From Deinococcus grandis (GTDB taxonomy: Bacteria > Deinococcota > Deinococci > Deinococcales > Deinococcaceae), in contig NZ_BCMS01000002.1 of NCBI RefSeq assembly GCF_001485435.1, forward strand, positions 88,426 to 152,425: DNA of 64,000 nt, written 5' to 3'. Each line of letters opens with the position of its first letter. Positions within the stretch are counted from its first letter, which is position 1. Both the position numbers and the translations under genes were made by a program. Positions 56,801 to 64,000 of this stretch are shown here, piece after piece. The notes below the pieces were generated by a model that was not told the origin of the DNA, did not search any database, and saw only the letters and a list, made by a program, of their open reading frames with translations.

Positions 56801-59090
56801 GGCGGGACTCGAAGGCCTCCACGGTCTCCTCGCGCCGGGCGAGGATGTCCGGCAGGAACGCCTCATGCTCCCCGAACTGCCCCTCGAGTTCCTCCAGGGC
56901 CAGCAGCGCGCGGGACAGGCCCTCCTCGGCCTTCTCGGGCGTGTCGGCGGTGCCCAGCGCGCCCGTGACGGTCTGCGCGAGCAGGGCCAGCTGCGCCGCG
57001 AAGCGCGCGGTGAGTTCCCCGCTTCCCAGGCTGCGGCGCTGTCCCTCGGCGCGGGCGCGCACGCCGTTCAGGCGGCCGTACAGCGCCGAGACCCCCTCGA
57101 CGACCTGGGTGCGCTGCACCGGGTCCTCGGCGGGCAGCGAGCCCAGCAGGTCCGACAGGACGTCCAGTTCGGTCGCCAGGGTGCCCAGCGCCTCCAGCGC
57201 CGCGGCGAGCTCGCGGGTGGTCCCTGCCGCCTCCACCTGCGTGTTCAGCGTGTCCAGCTGCGCGTGGAACGGGGCCAGGGCGGCCGGGTCGGCCAGGTAG
57301 CTGCCGGTCGCGCCGCCCACCCGCGCGTGCGCGGCCTGCACCTCCGCGAGCAGGGCGTCCACGGCGACCACGTCGATGGAACGGGTCTCGCGCACCGTCA
57401 GCAGCCGGGCGCGCAGCGCGGTCAGTTCCGCCAGGGCGGTCACGAACTCCGGCAGGCTGCGCCACCCCTCCGGGTCGAGGGTCGTCAGGCGGCGGCGGAC
57501 CGCGCCCTGCACGTCCGCGAGGGTCTGGGCCGCCTGGGCGCGCAGGGCCTGCACCTTCTCGAACTCGTCGAGCACCGCCTCGGCGGCGGCGGTGACGTCA
57601 CGCAGCAGCGTGCGCGCGCCGCCCGTGTGCTCGTCGTCGAGCCAGTGGTGCGTGTCCGGCAGGCGGCGGGCCTGCTCGGCCAGGGCGGCGTACTGGGCAG
57701 CGGTGACCTCCGGCGTCTGGGCGGCTCTCGCCAGGGCGAGGAGGTTCGACACGCCCCGCACGAGTTCCGCGTTCCCCAGCCGCCCCAGGAACGACGTGCC
57801 GGGCGGGCGCTGCGCGGCGAACACGTCACTCGTGAAGGGCGTCTGCCACACCTGCACCGCGTGCACCTGCGTGGGCTCGGCCTCGGCCTGGAACAGCACC
57901 ATCCGCCCGTCGGGCAGCGCGGCGTCCCCATGGGCGCTGATGGGCGTCTGCACCTCGCGGCGGATCAGGTTGTACACGAGAAACGCGCTGCGGCCCGAAT
58001 CCTGATCGTAGAAGACGAACAGCACGTCCTCCCCGTTCGGGCTGCGCACGACCCGGTCCAGGGCCATGCCGGGCGTGAAGCCCTCGAAGGCGCGGTGCTC
58101 GCCGCCCGGCAGGTAGTATCCGCCGGGGAAGACGATGCCGTGCTCCTCGGGCAGCTGCACGCAGCCGCGCGTGAGGGCGTCCTCGCGCGTGACCCGCCCG
58201 GTCAGCGTGTCGAAGATCAGGCCGCGCCACGTCTTCTCCCGGTACGGCAGGACGCGCAGCAGGATCAGGCGGCCCACCCGCGCGAACTCGAAGGTCGCGT
58301 CGTCCAGACCCTGGGTGCGCTCCTCGACCGGCTCGCTGTAGATGCCTTCACCGGTCTCGGTGTTGTTCTCGACCTTCACGGTCAGCGTGCCGCCCGCCGT
58401 CTCCACGAACAGCGTGTCCAGGATGTTCAGGTGCGGGAAGCGCCCACTGACCTCCTGGTCGCGCCCGGCGCGGGTCCACTCGAAATCGAAGGGCGGCAGC
58501 GGACTGAGGTCCCGTTCGCCGCGCGCATCGAGGTACCGCGCGCCCTCCCCGGTCAGGTCCCAGCGGAACACCCGCCGGTCGGTCAGGCGCTCCCCGATCT
58601 GGAACGACGCCAGCAGCCGCCCCGCGCGGATCTCCAGTTGCAGCAGCCGCGCGTGCCGGTAGTAGGCGTACAGTTCCTCGAAGTCCCGCACGAACGCCGA
58701 ATCGGTCAGGAACGACCCCTCCAGCGCGGCGGGCTGCACGTCGAACGCGCCCCCCTCATGCGTCAGGCGGTACAGCGCGAACACGTCCGCCAGTTCCGTG
58801 CGGGCCTTCAGGCCGTGCGTGACGTTGAAACCGAACAGCATCACGTCCCCGACCTGCACCAGATCCCGCCCGACGCTGGCCTGCGCGGTGCGGATGTGCG
58901 CCCGGCCCAGCAGACTCAGGCGACTGTCGCCGTACTCCGCGACGCGCGCGGCGTTCAGGCCCTCGGCGGCCGCGCGGACCTGCGCGCCCAGCGCGTCCAG
59001 GCGGCGGCGCAGCACCTCGAAACTGCCGCCCGTCTCGGTGCCGGGCGTGCCCGCTCCGGCCAGTGGTTCCTGCGTCATCCTCTCCCCCAT
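53868..59090 (-). CDS. Giant (1740 aa) multidomain protein with a single MoxR/AAA_5-like P-loop ATPase module near the C-terminus; function unknown
   Basis: Walker A is ISPPGYGKTTL at about aa 1285 (nt ~55230), Walker B is VMLYVDDIQ, followed by VVMAGNPYTE. The N-terminal ~450 aa is globular. About 700 aa of Ala/Leu/Arg/Glu-rich helical region follows. The C-terminal tail is Pro/Ala-rich. The protein is transcribed in the same direction as the flotillin gene, 120 bp downstream of it. Confidence 0.7.
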   Translation of the reverse strand: MGERMTQEPLAGAGTPGTETGGSFEVLRRRLDALGAQVRAAAEGLNAARVAEYGDSRLSLLGRAHIRTAQASVGRDLVQVGDVMLFGFNVTHGLKARTELADVFALYRLTHEGGAFDVQPAALEGSFLTDSAFVRDFEELYAYYRHARLLQLEIRAGRLLASFQIGERLTDRRVFRWDLTGEGARYLDARGERDLSPLPPFDFEWTRAGRDQEVSGRFPHLNILDTLFVETAGGTLTVKVENNTETGEGIYSEPVEERTQGLDDATFEFARVGRLILLRVLPYREKTWRGLIFDTLTGRVTREDALTRGCVQLPEEHGIVFPGGYYLPGGEHRAFEGFTPGMALDRVVRSPNGEDVLFVFYDQDSGRSAFLVYNLIRREVQTPISAHGDAALPDGRMVLFQAEAEPTQVHAVQVWQTPFTSDVFAAQRPPGTSFLGRLGNAELVRGVSNLLALARAAQTPEVTAAQYAALAEQARRLPDTHHWLDDEHTGGARTLLRDVTAAAEAVLDEFEKVQALRAQAAQTLADVQGAVRRRLTTLDPEGWRSLPEFVTALAELTALRARLLTVRETRSIDVVAVDALLAEVQAAHARVGGATGSYLADPAALAPFHAQLDTLNTQVEAAGTTRELAAALEALGTLATELDVLSDLLGSLPAEDPVQRTQVVEGVSALYGRLNGVRARAEGQRRSLGSGELTARFAAQLALLAQTVTGALGTADTPEKAEEGLSRALLALEELEGQFGEHEAFLPDILARREETVEAFESRRQALLDERQRRAQGVADAADRILAGLPARAARLTDQDALNGFFAGDALVLKLRDLTLKLTELGDSVRAGDIEARLKAARDQALRTLRDRADLEGDGGALIRLGRHRFSVNTQALDLTLLPRGDHLALHLTGTQFMEPLRDPALDAGRAFWDVTVESESPDLSRAEFLAGEVLAAARAGQEGLTLDALRGLTPDARAGLVATFAAARYRQGFQRGVHDHDAALILNALLPLLDAAGPLVAPPEARALGAAFWAQADATWTARLTSARAVQALLGSGAALADARTALEGALRDFLTRVPLPVPDTVIPEAAAFLTEAAPDVGGAFPFTQAAADLNAALDGQLRAAGHPDALRVSLDALRDDPVQAWTLTCAWLDALTTRPEWHAHARFVPEAVALRLSGDALRAQPRAVTLDATVTGLLSDHPRLQGGTLHLQADDLLARLAAHARTFLPGLQAFQAQRQTVLTRERARLRLAEFQPRPLTSFVRNRLITDVYLPLIGDNLAKQIGAAGDGKRSDLMGLLLLISPPGYGKTTLMEYVAHRLGLVFVRVNGPSLGHAVRSLDPAQAPDAASRQELEKLNLALEMGGNVMLYVDDIQHTHPEFLQKFIALTDGTRRIEGVWNGEPRTYDLRGRRFAVVMAGNPYTETGEVFRIPDMLANRADVYNLGDVLGGMEDAFLLSYVENSLTSNAVLAPLAGRDLSDVPKLVARAQGHEYPGELSHPYSEAELTEILATLRLLLRARDTLARVNAAYITSAAQADRDRTEPPFKLQGSYRNMNKVAEKLSPVMNDAELDGVIGDHYRGEAQLLTTGAEENLLKLAELRGTLTPEQAARWAQIRENFARERRMGAADGDTGARMVAQLADIAGGLDRLSLPQAAPAPAPQAAAPTAPAEPLAAQLEPLLAPLLAALRDRPAPAPVTGDSDPLTGVVTPLLTALASVVQGQQATNAAVQDLAEVIRRRQNLTRPVSAPGPSGGRREDR

Positions 59091-59213
59091 TCACTCCGGC
59101 GCGTTCGCCCCTCTCCCACGCCCGGTCTTCCGTGGGCGTGAGCCTGCCACGGTCCTCTCCTGCAGTCACTCAGCGGGGAGGTAGGCACCTGGCCCGCCCC
59201 CCGATCATCCGCC

Positions 59214-61172
59214 TCAGTTCGGGCGGTTCTCCCGCTGCACGTTCACGCCGAAGCGGCCCAGGACGCTCTGGAACAGCGGGCTCTTCTGCGTGAAGCCCTC
59301 CACGGCCTTGCCGAGGCTCAGGGCCCTGGTGAGGGCCTCGAACATGCCGCCCTCGCCGCCCACGAGGTCGATCCTGGCGTTCTTCAGGGCGGCGGCGATC
59401 ACCTCGGCGTTCTCGCGGCTGATCTCCTTGCCGGCCTCGATGGACGCCAGGGCCTGCTGGAGGCTGGTTTCGAGCGCCATGCGGTATTCCTCGTGGCTGC
59501 GGGCGTCGGCGCTCATGCGGTCCATCGCGCCGAACTTGGCGGTCAGGCCCTCGGCCTCGGCGTTCATGCGGTCGCGGGTGGCACTCGCCTCGGCGGCGCC
59601 CAGGGCCTCTGTGGCGGTGGCTTTCGCCTGACCGAGGCGGGTTTCGCCGTCGGCCTGCGCGCCCAGCCGCTCGGCGAGGACGCGGGCCTCGTTCTGCCCC
59701 AGCTTGAGGTTCGCGTCGGCCTTGACCTCGATCACGCGGGCTTCGGCCACGCCGGTCTTCTCCAGGGCGCTGGCGTTCGCTTCCTGCACCATGACCTGCG
59801 CGAGGCCCGGCGCGGCCTGCTCGACCTTGACGGCGTCCGCAAGGATCTTCTTCGCCTCGGCCTGCCGGGACGCGGCGTCGAATTCCGCCTGCGCGATGGT
59901 GGTCAGCTCCGCCGCGCGGTGACGGGCGGCGGTCTCGGCAGCCTCGGCGGCCTTGACCTCCTGCACGAGCTGTTCCTGCGCCTGCGCCTCGGCCTGCATG
60001 ACGCGCACCTGCTTGGCGCGGTCGGCGGCGCTCACCTCGCGCACCTCGTTGATGCGCTCCTCCTCGACAGCGACCGTCTTGTCGATGGCGATGCGCTCGC
60101 GGGTAATGTTCGCCACGTCCATGACGCCCTGCTCGACGTTCTTGTCGCGTTCGATCTCCTGGAGTTTCACCTCGCGGTCGGTGGTGACGGCTTCCATCTT
60201 CGCGGCGCGGGCGACGCGCTCGGCCTCGATGGCGATGGCGCGTAGCCTCGCCTGCTCGGCGATCTCGACCTGCCGCTGGCGTTCCTGCTCGCGGATCTCG
60301 ACCTGTTCGGTCGTCTGGATGCGGGCCTGCTCGGAGATGAGGCGCTGTTCCTCGCGTACGCGCTGCGTCTCGGCGTTCTCGCGGGCCTGGATGGTCTCGA
60401 TCTCGCGTTTCTGCCGCGCCTCGGCCTCGGCCTGCTGGCGCTCGAGGGCCAGGGTAGCCTCGCGGGTCTCGACGTTCTTCTTCGTGACGGCGAGGTGCTC
60501 GTTCTGCGAGAGTTCGTTCGTGACGACGTTCTGCGCGGCGGTCAGCTGCGTGATCTTGCGGATGCCCTCGGCGTCCATGATGTTGTTCTGGTCGAGCATG
60601 CTCTTGGGCGTCTGCTCCAGGTAGTCGATGGCGACGTCCTCGAGCACGTAGCCGTTCAGGTCGCGGCCGATCACGGCGACGACCGCGTCGCGGAACTCCT
60701 CGCGCTTCTCGAACAGTTCGATGAAGTCGAACTTCTTGCCGACCGTCTTCAGCGCCTCGCTGAACTTCGCGTTGAACAGTTCGTCCACGGCCTTGAGGTC
60801 GCTGGCGCGGTTGGCGCCGATGGATTTGGCGACCTTCAGGACGTCCTCGGTGGTCTCGTTGACGCGCAGGTAGTACGCGACGGTGATGTCCGCGCGGATG
60901 TTGTCCTTGCAGATCAGGCCTTCCTTGCCGCGCCGGTCGACCTGCAGGGTGATCAGGCTGATGCGCATGACCTCGGCCTTGTACAGCACGGGGATGACCA
61001 GCGCGCCGGTGAAGCGCACCTTGGGCCGCGCGGAGAGGTCGTTCACGATCAGCGCGGTGCCCTGCTCGACTTTCATGTAAAAGCCGCGCACGAGCGCCAC
61101 GAGCACCATCAGGGCGACGAGCACGACCGCCAGGCCGATCAGGAAGGGCAGAACTACGGAAAGGTCAGGCAT
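59214..61172 (-). CDS. Flotillin-family SPFH/band-7 protein (YqiK/FloT-like, 652 aa)
   Basis: N-terminal TM anchor plus SPFH domain (ALIVNDLSARPKVRFTGALVIPVLYKAEVMRISLITLQVD...), followed by a long EA/RQ-rich coiled-coil flotillin region. GGAGG RBS. Confidence 0.85.
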   Translation of the reverse strand: MPDLSVVLPFLIGLAVVLVALMVLVALVRGFYMKVEQGTALIVNDLSARPKVRFTGALVIPVLYKAEVMRISLITLQVDRRGKEGLICKDNIRADITVAYYLRVNETTEDVLKVAKSIGANRASDLKAVDELFNAKFSEALKTVGKKFDFIELFEKREEFRDAVVAVIGRDLNGYVLEDVAIDYLEQTPKSMLDQNNIMDAEGIRKITQLTAAQNVVTNELSQNEHLAVTKKNVETREATLALERQQAEAEARQKREIETIQARENAETQRVREEQRLISEQARIQTTEQVEIREQERQRQVEIAEQARLRAIAIEAERVARAAKMEAVTTDREVKLQEIERDKNVEQGVMDVANITRERIAIDKTVAVEEERINEVREVSAADRAKQVRVMQAEAQAQEQLVQEVKAAEAAETAARHRAAELTTIAQAEFDAASRQAEAKKILADAVKVEQAAPGLAQVMVQEANASALEKTGVAEARVIEVKADANLKLGQNEARVLAERLGAQADGETRLGQAKATATEALGAAEASATRDRMNAEAEGLTAKFGAMDRMSADARSHEEYRMALETSLQQALASIEAGKEISRENAEVIAAALKNARIDLVGGEGGMFEALTRALSLGKAVEGFTQKSPLFQSVLGRFGVNVQRENRPN

Positions 61173-61229
61173 ACGTCCTCCAGGCAGGAAAAGGGAAGTT
61201 CAGGGTCGGGAATCTAAGAGGTTGAGGGG

Positions 61230-61826
61230 TCAGGAATCGGTCGGGTCCGCGCGGCGGACGGTGAAGATGTGGGTGGCCGGGTCGTGCTCGACGAGGATCA
61301 CGCGTTCGCCGCGCCGCAGGGTGTCGCCGTCGCTGCGGGCGTCGAGCATCAGGCCCGCGCCGCCGTCCTGAACGCTCACGCGACCGGTCGAGGCGAGGGT
61401 GCCGGATTCGACGACCGCCACGCGGCCCAGCAGCTGCGTGCGGGCTAGGGCGTCCTGCCCCTGCACGAAGCGCCGCAGGGGACGGGCGACCGCCCGCGCG
61501 GCCAGCGCGCCGAGGGCCGCGGAACCGAACAGCAGCGCAACGGCCACAGGGCCGCGCCCCGCGGGGGCGACGAGCGGCAGGAGCAGCAGCTGGCCCAGGT
61601 AGCAGCTCAGCCAGCCGGTCAGGGTCAGGGCCAGCGCGACGGGCAGCAGCGGCACGCCGTTCAGGCCGACCCGCACGAGCAGACTGTCGAGCAGGCCCTC
61701 ACCCCCGCCGGAGATCCCGTCGATGGCGCCCAGCAGGGCCAGCAGCGCCGCCGCCGCGATCAGCGTCAGCAGGGCCGTCCAGGGCGCGGTCGGGAACGAC
61801 AGCGCCACGTGCAGGAACTCGGTCAC
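61230..61826 (-). CDS. NfeD-like membrane protein (YqiJ/YuaF-type, C-terminal OB-fold), the usual partner of flotillin
   Basis: 198 aa. Three to four TM helices, then RVAVVESGTLASTGRVSVQDGGAGLMLDAR...GERVILV, an OB-fold beta-rich C-terminus. GTG start. 57-bp gap to the flotillin gene. Confidence 0.7.
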   Translation of the reverse strand: MTEFLHVALSFPTAPWTALLTLIAAAALLALLGAIDGISGGGEGLLDSLLVRVGLNGVPLLPVALALTLTGWLSCYLGQLLLLPLVAPAGRGPVAVALLFGSAALGALAARAVARPLRRFVQGQDALARTQLLGRVAVVESGTLASTGRVSVQDGGAGLMLDARSDGDTLRRGERVILVEHDPATHIFTVRRADPTDS

Positions 61827-62036
61827 GCCGGGTCGCCAGGGGGAGCCATGCCGGGCACCCTAGCGTCCGGCGCGGCGCGGCGTTGCCTCATCTGAGCACC
61901 CACGGCAGGTGGGTCCGTGGCCAGGGAGGGCCAGAACTTCAGGAACCGCCACCGTGGGATGCTCATGCTCCTCAGTACGGTCTCATGTCCCCGGGGGTTC
62001 CCGGACTGCTCCGCCGAGCGGTGTCCTGCCCTGGGA

Positions 62037-63695
62037 TCAGAGGGCCGCCGCGTCCAGCGGGCGCAGCAGCCCCCCCAGGTCCGCGCCGGGCGCGGCCCCC
62101 GGCGTCAGCGGCCAGCGGCACACGCGGTTGCGGCCCGCGCGCTTGGCGGCGTACAGCGCCTCGTCCGCGCCGCGCAGCAGCGTCTCACCGGAGAGCTCCG
62201 CGGCGCGCGCCGCGCCGATCGAGACGGTCAGCGTCCACGGGACGTCCGGGAAGACGCTGCGTTCCACCGCCGCCCGGACTCGCTCGGCGACGCCGTCCAG
62301 CGCGTGCGGGGGCAGGCCGCGCAGGATCAGCGCGAATTCCTCGCCGCCGTAGCGGTACGCGCGGTCCTCGCCGCGGCTGGCGCTGGCCAGCAGCCGCCCC
62401 AGCTGCGCCAGCACGGCGTCCCCGGTGGGATGGCCCAGCGTGTCGTTCACGCGCTTGAAGTGATCGAGGTCCACCAGCAGCAGCGCGTCGTGACCCGTGA
62501 GGGTCTGGAGGTCCTCCTGGAACTGACGGCGGTTGCCCAGGCCCGTGAGGGGATCGGTCAGGCTCTGGCGCTGCGCCTGCGCGTGCAGGGTGCGCAGTTC
62601 GTTCAGGTGGCGTTCCAGCGCGGCGTTGCGGGCGCGGGTGTCGTCCATGCCGCGCAGGACGTCCATCAGGCGCGCGGCGTGACGGGTCTGCCCGGCGTGC
62701 GCGTGCCGCTCGTGCTGCCGCGCGAGTTTCAGGTGCCGCAGCGCCCCCCGGTCATCCCCGGTGGCCTCCAGCGCCCCCGAGAGCTGCTCGTGCAGCAGCC
62801 CGGCGCGGTAGTGGCTGCCCAGGTCGGCGCGGTCCAGGACGCCCCGCAGCAGCCCCGCGGCGTCCCCGGGCGGCAGGTGCAGGCTCAGCGCCGCGACGAC
62901 CTCCACCTGCACGTCCAGGTGCGGGGACGCCAGGAGCTCCCGCAGACGCGCGAGTTCCGCCTGCGGGGCCGGATAGCCGCCCAGCGCCGAGGCGCGCACG
63001 ACGCCGTGCAGCGTCCAAGCCTCGATGCTGGGATGCTGCGCGATCATCGGGTCGGCCTGCGCCGCGCGGTAGCGGGCCAGGGCCGAATCGAACTGCCCGG
63101 CCTCCCGGTCGAGATCGCCGAAGTTGCCGTTCACGAGCAGGTCCCCGATCGGGTACCGGCAGCGCCGGAAGGCGTCCTGCGCCTGCAGCAGCAGCTCACG
63201 CGACCGCGCGGGATTCAGCTCGCGCAGCTGCACGGCCAGGTCGTGAATGCCCGACGCCCACAGTTCCGTCAGGTCCAGCGCCTCGCACAGCTGGATCTGC
63301 TCGTCCAGCAGGGCCAGCGCGAGATCCGGTTCGTTCAGGTCCCCGGCCAGGCACGACAGGACGCTCGCGGCGCGCGCCTGCCACACGCTAGGCCCCTCGG
63401 TCCGCAGGGTGCTGAGCGCCGCGGCGAGGTTCAGCGACGCCCGCTCGAAGGTCCCACTGCGCCAGTCGAGGTACGCGAGCACGACCTGCGCCTCGAGAAC
63501 CGCGCGGCCCTCGGCGCTGCGGCAGGCCAGGTCGCGGGCCCGGTCGGGGTCCAGGTCGCGCAGGGTCCAGGCATGATCGGCGAGGTGCAGACTTGACGGC
63601 ACGGGGTCCTCCGGCGGGACGTGGGCGGCGGGTGAGGGCAGGTCCTGATCCGAGTGTGCCGCGCCGCGCCTCTCAGAGGCTGTCTGGAAAGTCAT
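62037..63695 (-). CDS. Diguanylate cyclase (GGDEF) with an N-terminal TPR-like helical domain
   Basis: RYGGEEF; DPLTGLGNRRQF. The annotated ATG at 63695 overlaps the stop of the transposase fragment (ATGA), so the N-terminus may have been altered by the IS insertion. Confidence 0.75.
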   Translation of the reverse strand: MTFQTASERRGAAHSDQDLPSPAAHVPPEDPVPSSLHLADHAWTLRDLDPDRARDLACRSAEGRAVLEAQVVLAYLDWRSGTFERASLNLAAALSTLRTEGPSVWQARAASVLSCLAGDLNEPDLALALLDEQIQLCEALDLTELWASGIHDLAVQLRELNPARSRELLLQAQDAFRRCRYPIGDLLVNGNFGDLDREAGQFDSALARYRAAQADPMIAQHPSIEAWTLHGVVRASALGGYPAPQAELARLRELLASPHLDVQVEVVAALSLHLPPGDAAGLLRGVLDRADLGSHYRAGLLHEQLSGALEATGDDRGALRHLKLARQHERHAHAGQTRHAARLMDVLRGMDDTRARNAALERHLNELRTLHAQAQRQSLTDPLTGLGNRRQFQEDLQTLTGHDALLLVDLDHFKRVNDTLGHPTGDAVLAQLGRLLASASRGEDRAYRYGGEEFALILRGLPPHALDGVAERVRAAVERSVFPDVPWTLTVSIGAARAAELSGETLLRGADEALYAAKRAGRNRVCRWPLTPGAAPGADLGGLLRPLDAAAL

Positions 63696-64000
63696 TTTCG
63701 AGCTGGTGACGGCTGTTCACCAGCGAACGCCGCGAGTCTGCGAATCATAAGCCGAACAAACGACACAACGATGAACGCCGCCGTTGTACTCGGCAGCAGG
63801 TCATACTCCCGGTTCAAGCGACGATCAAACGACAACCACGCGAAGCTCCGCTCCACCACCCACCGCTTGCGCAGCACCTTGAACGTCCGATACCCCCTGA
63901 ACGTCTTGATCTGTTCCTCCGTCAATTCCTGTCCCACAGGCAGCCAATACCTTCGGGTGTTGGCATCCGCACGCCGTACCACTTCCACGCTGAACCCCAG
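63692..64000 (-). mobile_element. 3' end of an IS5/IS4-type DDE transposase gene (partial IS element running off the window)
   Basis: C-terminal signature KRWVVERSFAWLSFDRRL (the R-W-x-V-E-R-x-F-A-W-L motif of IS5-family transposases). Local GC drops to about 50%. Confidence 0.6.

Overview
The window is a GC-rich (~68-70%) bacterial chromosomal segment, gene-dense on both strands. The GC content and a family of ~135-bp small non-coding repeats with terminal inverted repeats resemble the SNR/MITE-like repeats described in Deinococcus; this taxonomic assignment is inference only. Gene content from start to end, in 18 blocks:
(1) 1-6635, minus strand: a fatty-acid / 4-hydroxy-acid-type catabolic operon (phosphotransferase, two tandem SDRs, ACAD, small hypothetical, PaaI thioesterase, MaoC dehydratase, SDR). 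A Phd/Doc toxin-antitoxin cassette is inserted between the ACAD and the SDRs.
(2) 6766-7560, minus: a secreted hypothetical protein.
(3) 7752-19075, plus: a surface-glycan-type cluster (flippase-like protein, GT2-GT4 fusion glycosyltransferase, 1000-aa polytopic membrane protein, lipoprotein, membrane protein). A complete partner-switching module (STAS, PP2C-HATPase fusion, STAS, CheY receiver) is embedded in it.
(4) 19392-21932, minus: a multi-GAF sensor histidine kinase.
(5) 22203-23072, plus: a hypothetical protein, followed by a BadF/ROK-type sugar kinase-like ATPase at 23331-24260.
(6) 24448-25674 and 25684-28107, plus: an S8 lipoprotein protease followed by a GGDEF-EAL protein.
(7) 28141-33479: a SorC-family regulator divergent from glpF-glpK-glpD, with GAACA-N2-TGTTC operators.
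(8) 33816-35942, minus: a Zn/Cd-type P1B ATPase with an ArsR/SmtB-like operator, divergent from an orphan PAAR protein (36066-36353).
(9) 36525-38012, minus: a GAF-GGDEF protein.
(10) 38107-41039, plus: an XRE/PBP-type regulator followed by modA and modB; modA and modB are split by repeat insertions and no modC is present.
(11) 41420-44958, plus: a translationally coupled GAF-HD-GYP and TPR-GGDEF pair.
(12) 45011-48976, minus: a peptide-type ABC importer (SBP plus two permeases, no ATPase genes).
(13) 49096-52992, plus: a GntR-regulated anhydro-MurNAc recycling operon (anmK, murQ, serine hydrolase).
(14) 53065-53572, minus: copZ-csoR.
(15) 53868-61826, minus: an NfeD-like / flotillin / 1740-aa AAA-ATPase operon.
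(16) 62037-63695, minus: a TPR-GGDEF protein.
(17) 63692-64000: the end of an IS5-type transposase.
(18) Seven copies of the MITE-like repeat lie between 17683 and 53045, each flanked by TGA or TCA trinucleotides that coincide with host stop and start codons.
No rRNA, tRNA or CRISPR array was recognised. The most unusual item is the NfeD-flotillin-giant ATPase operon, followed by the repeat family and the glycan / partner-switching cluster.
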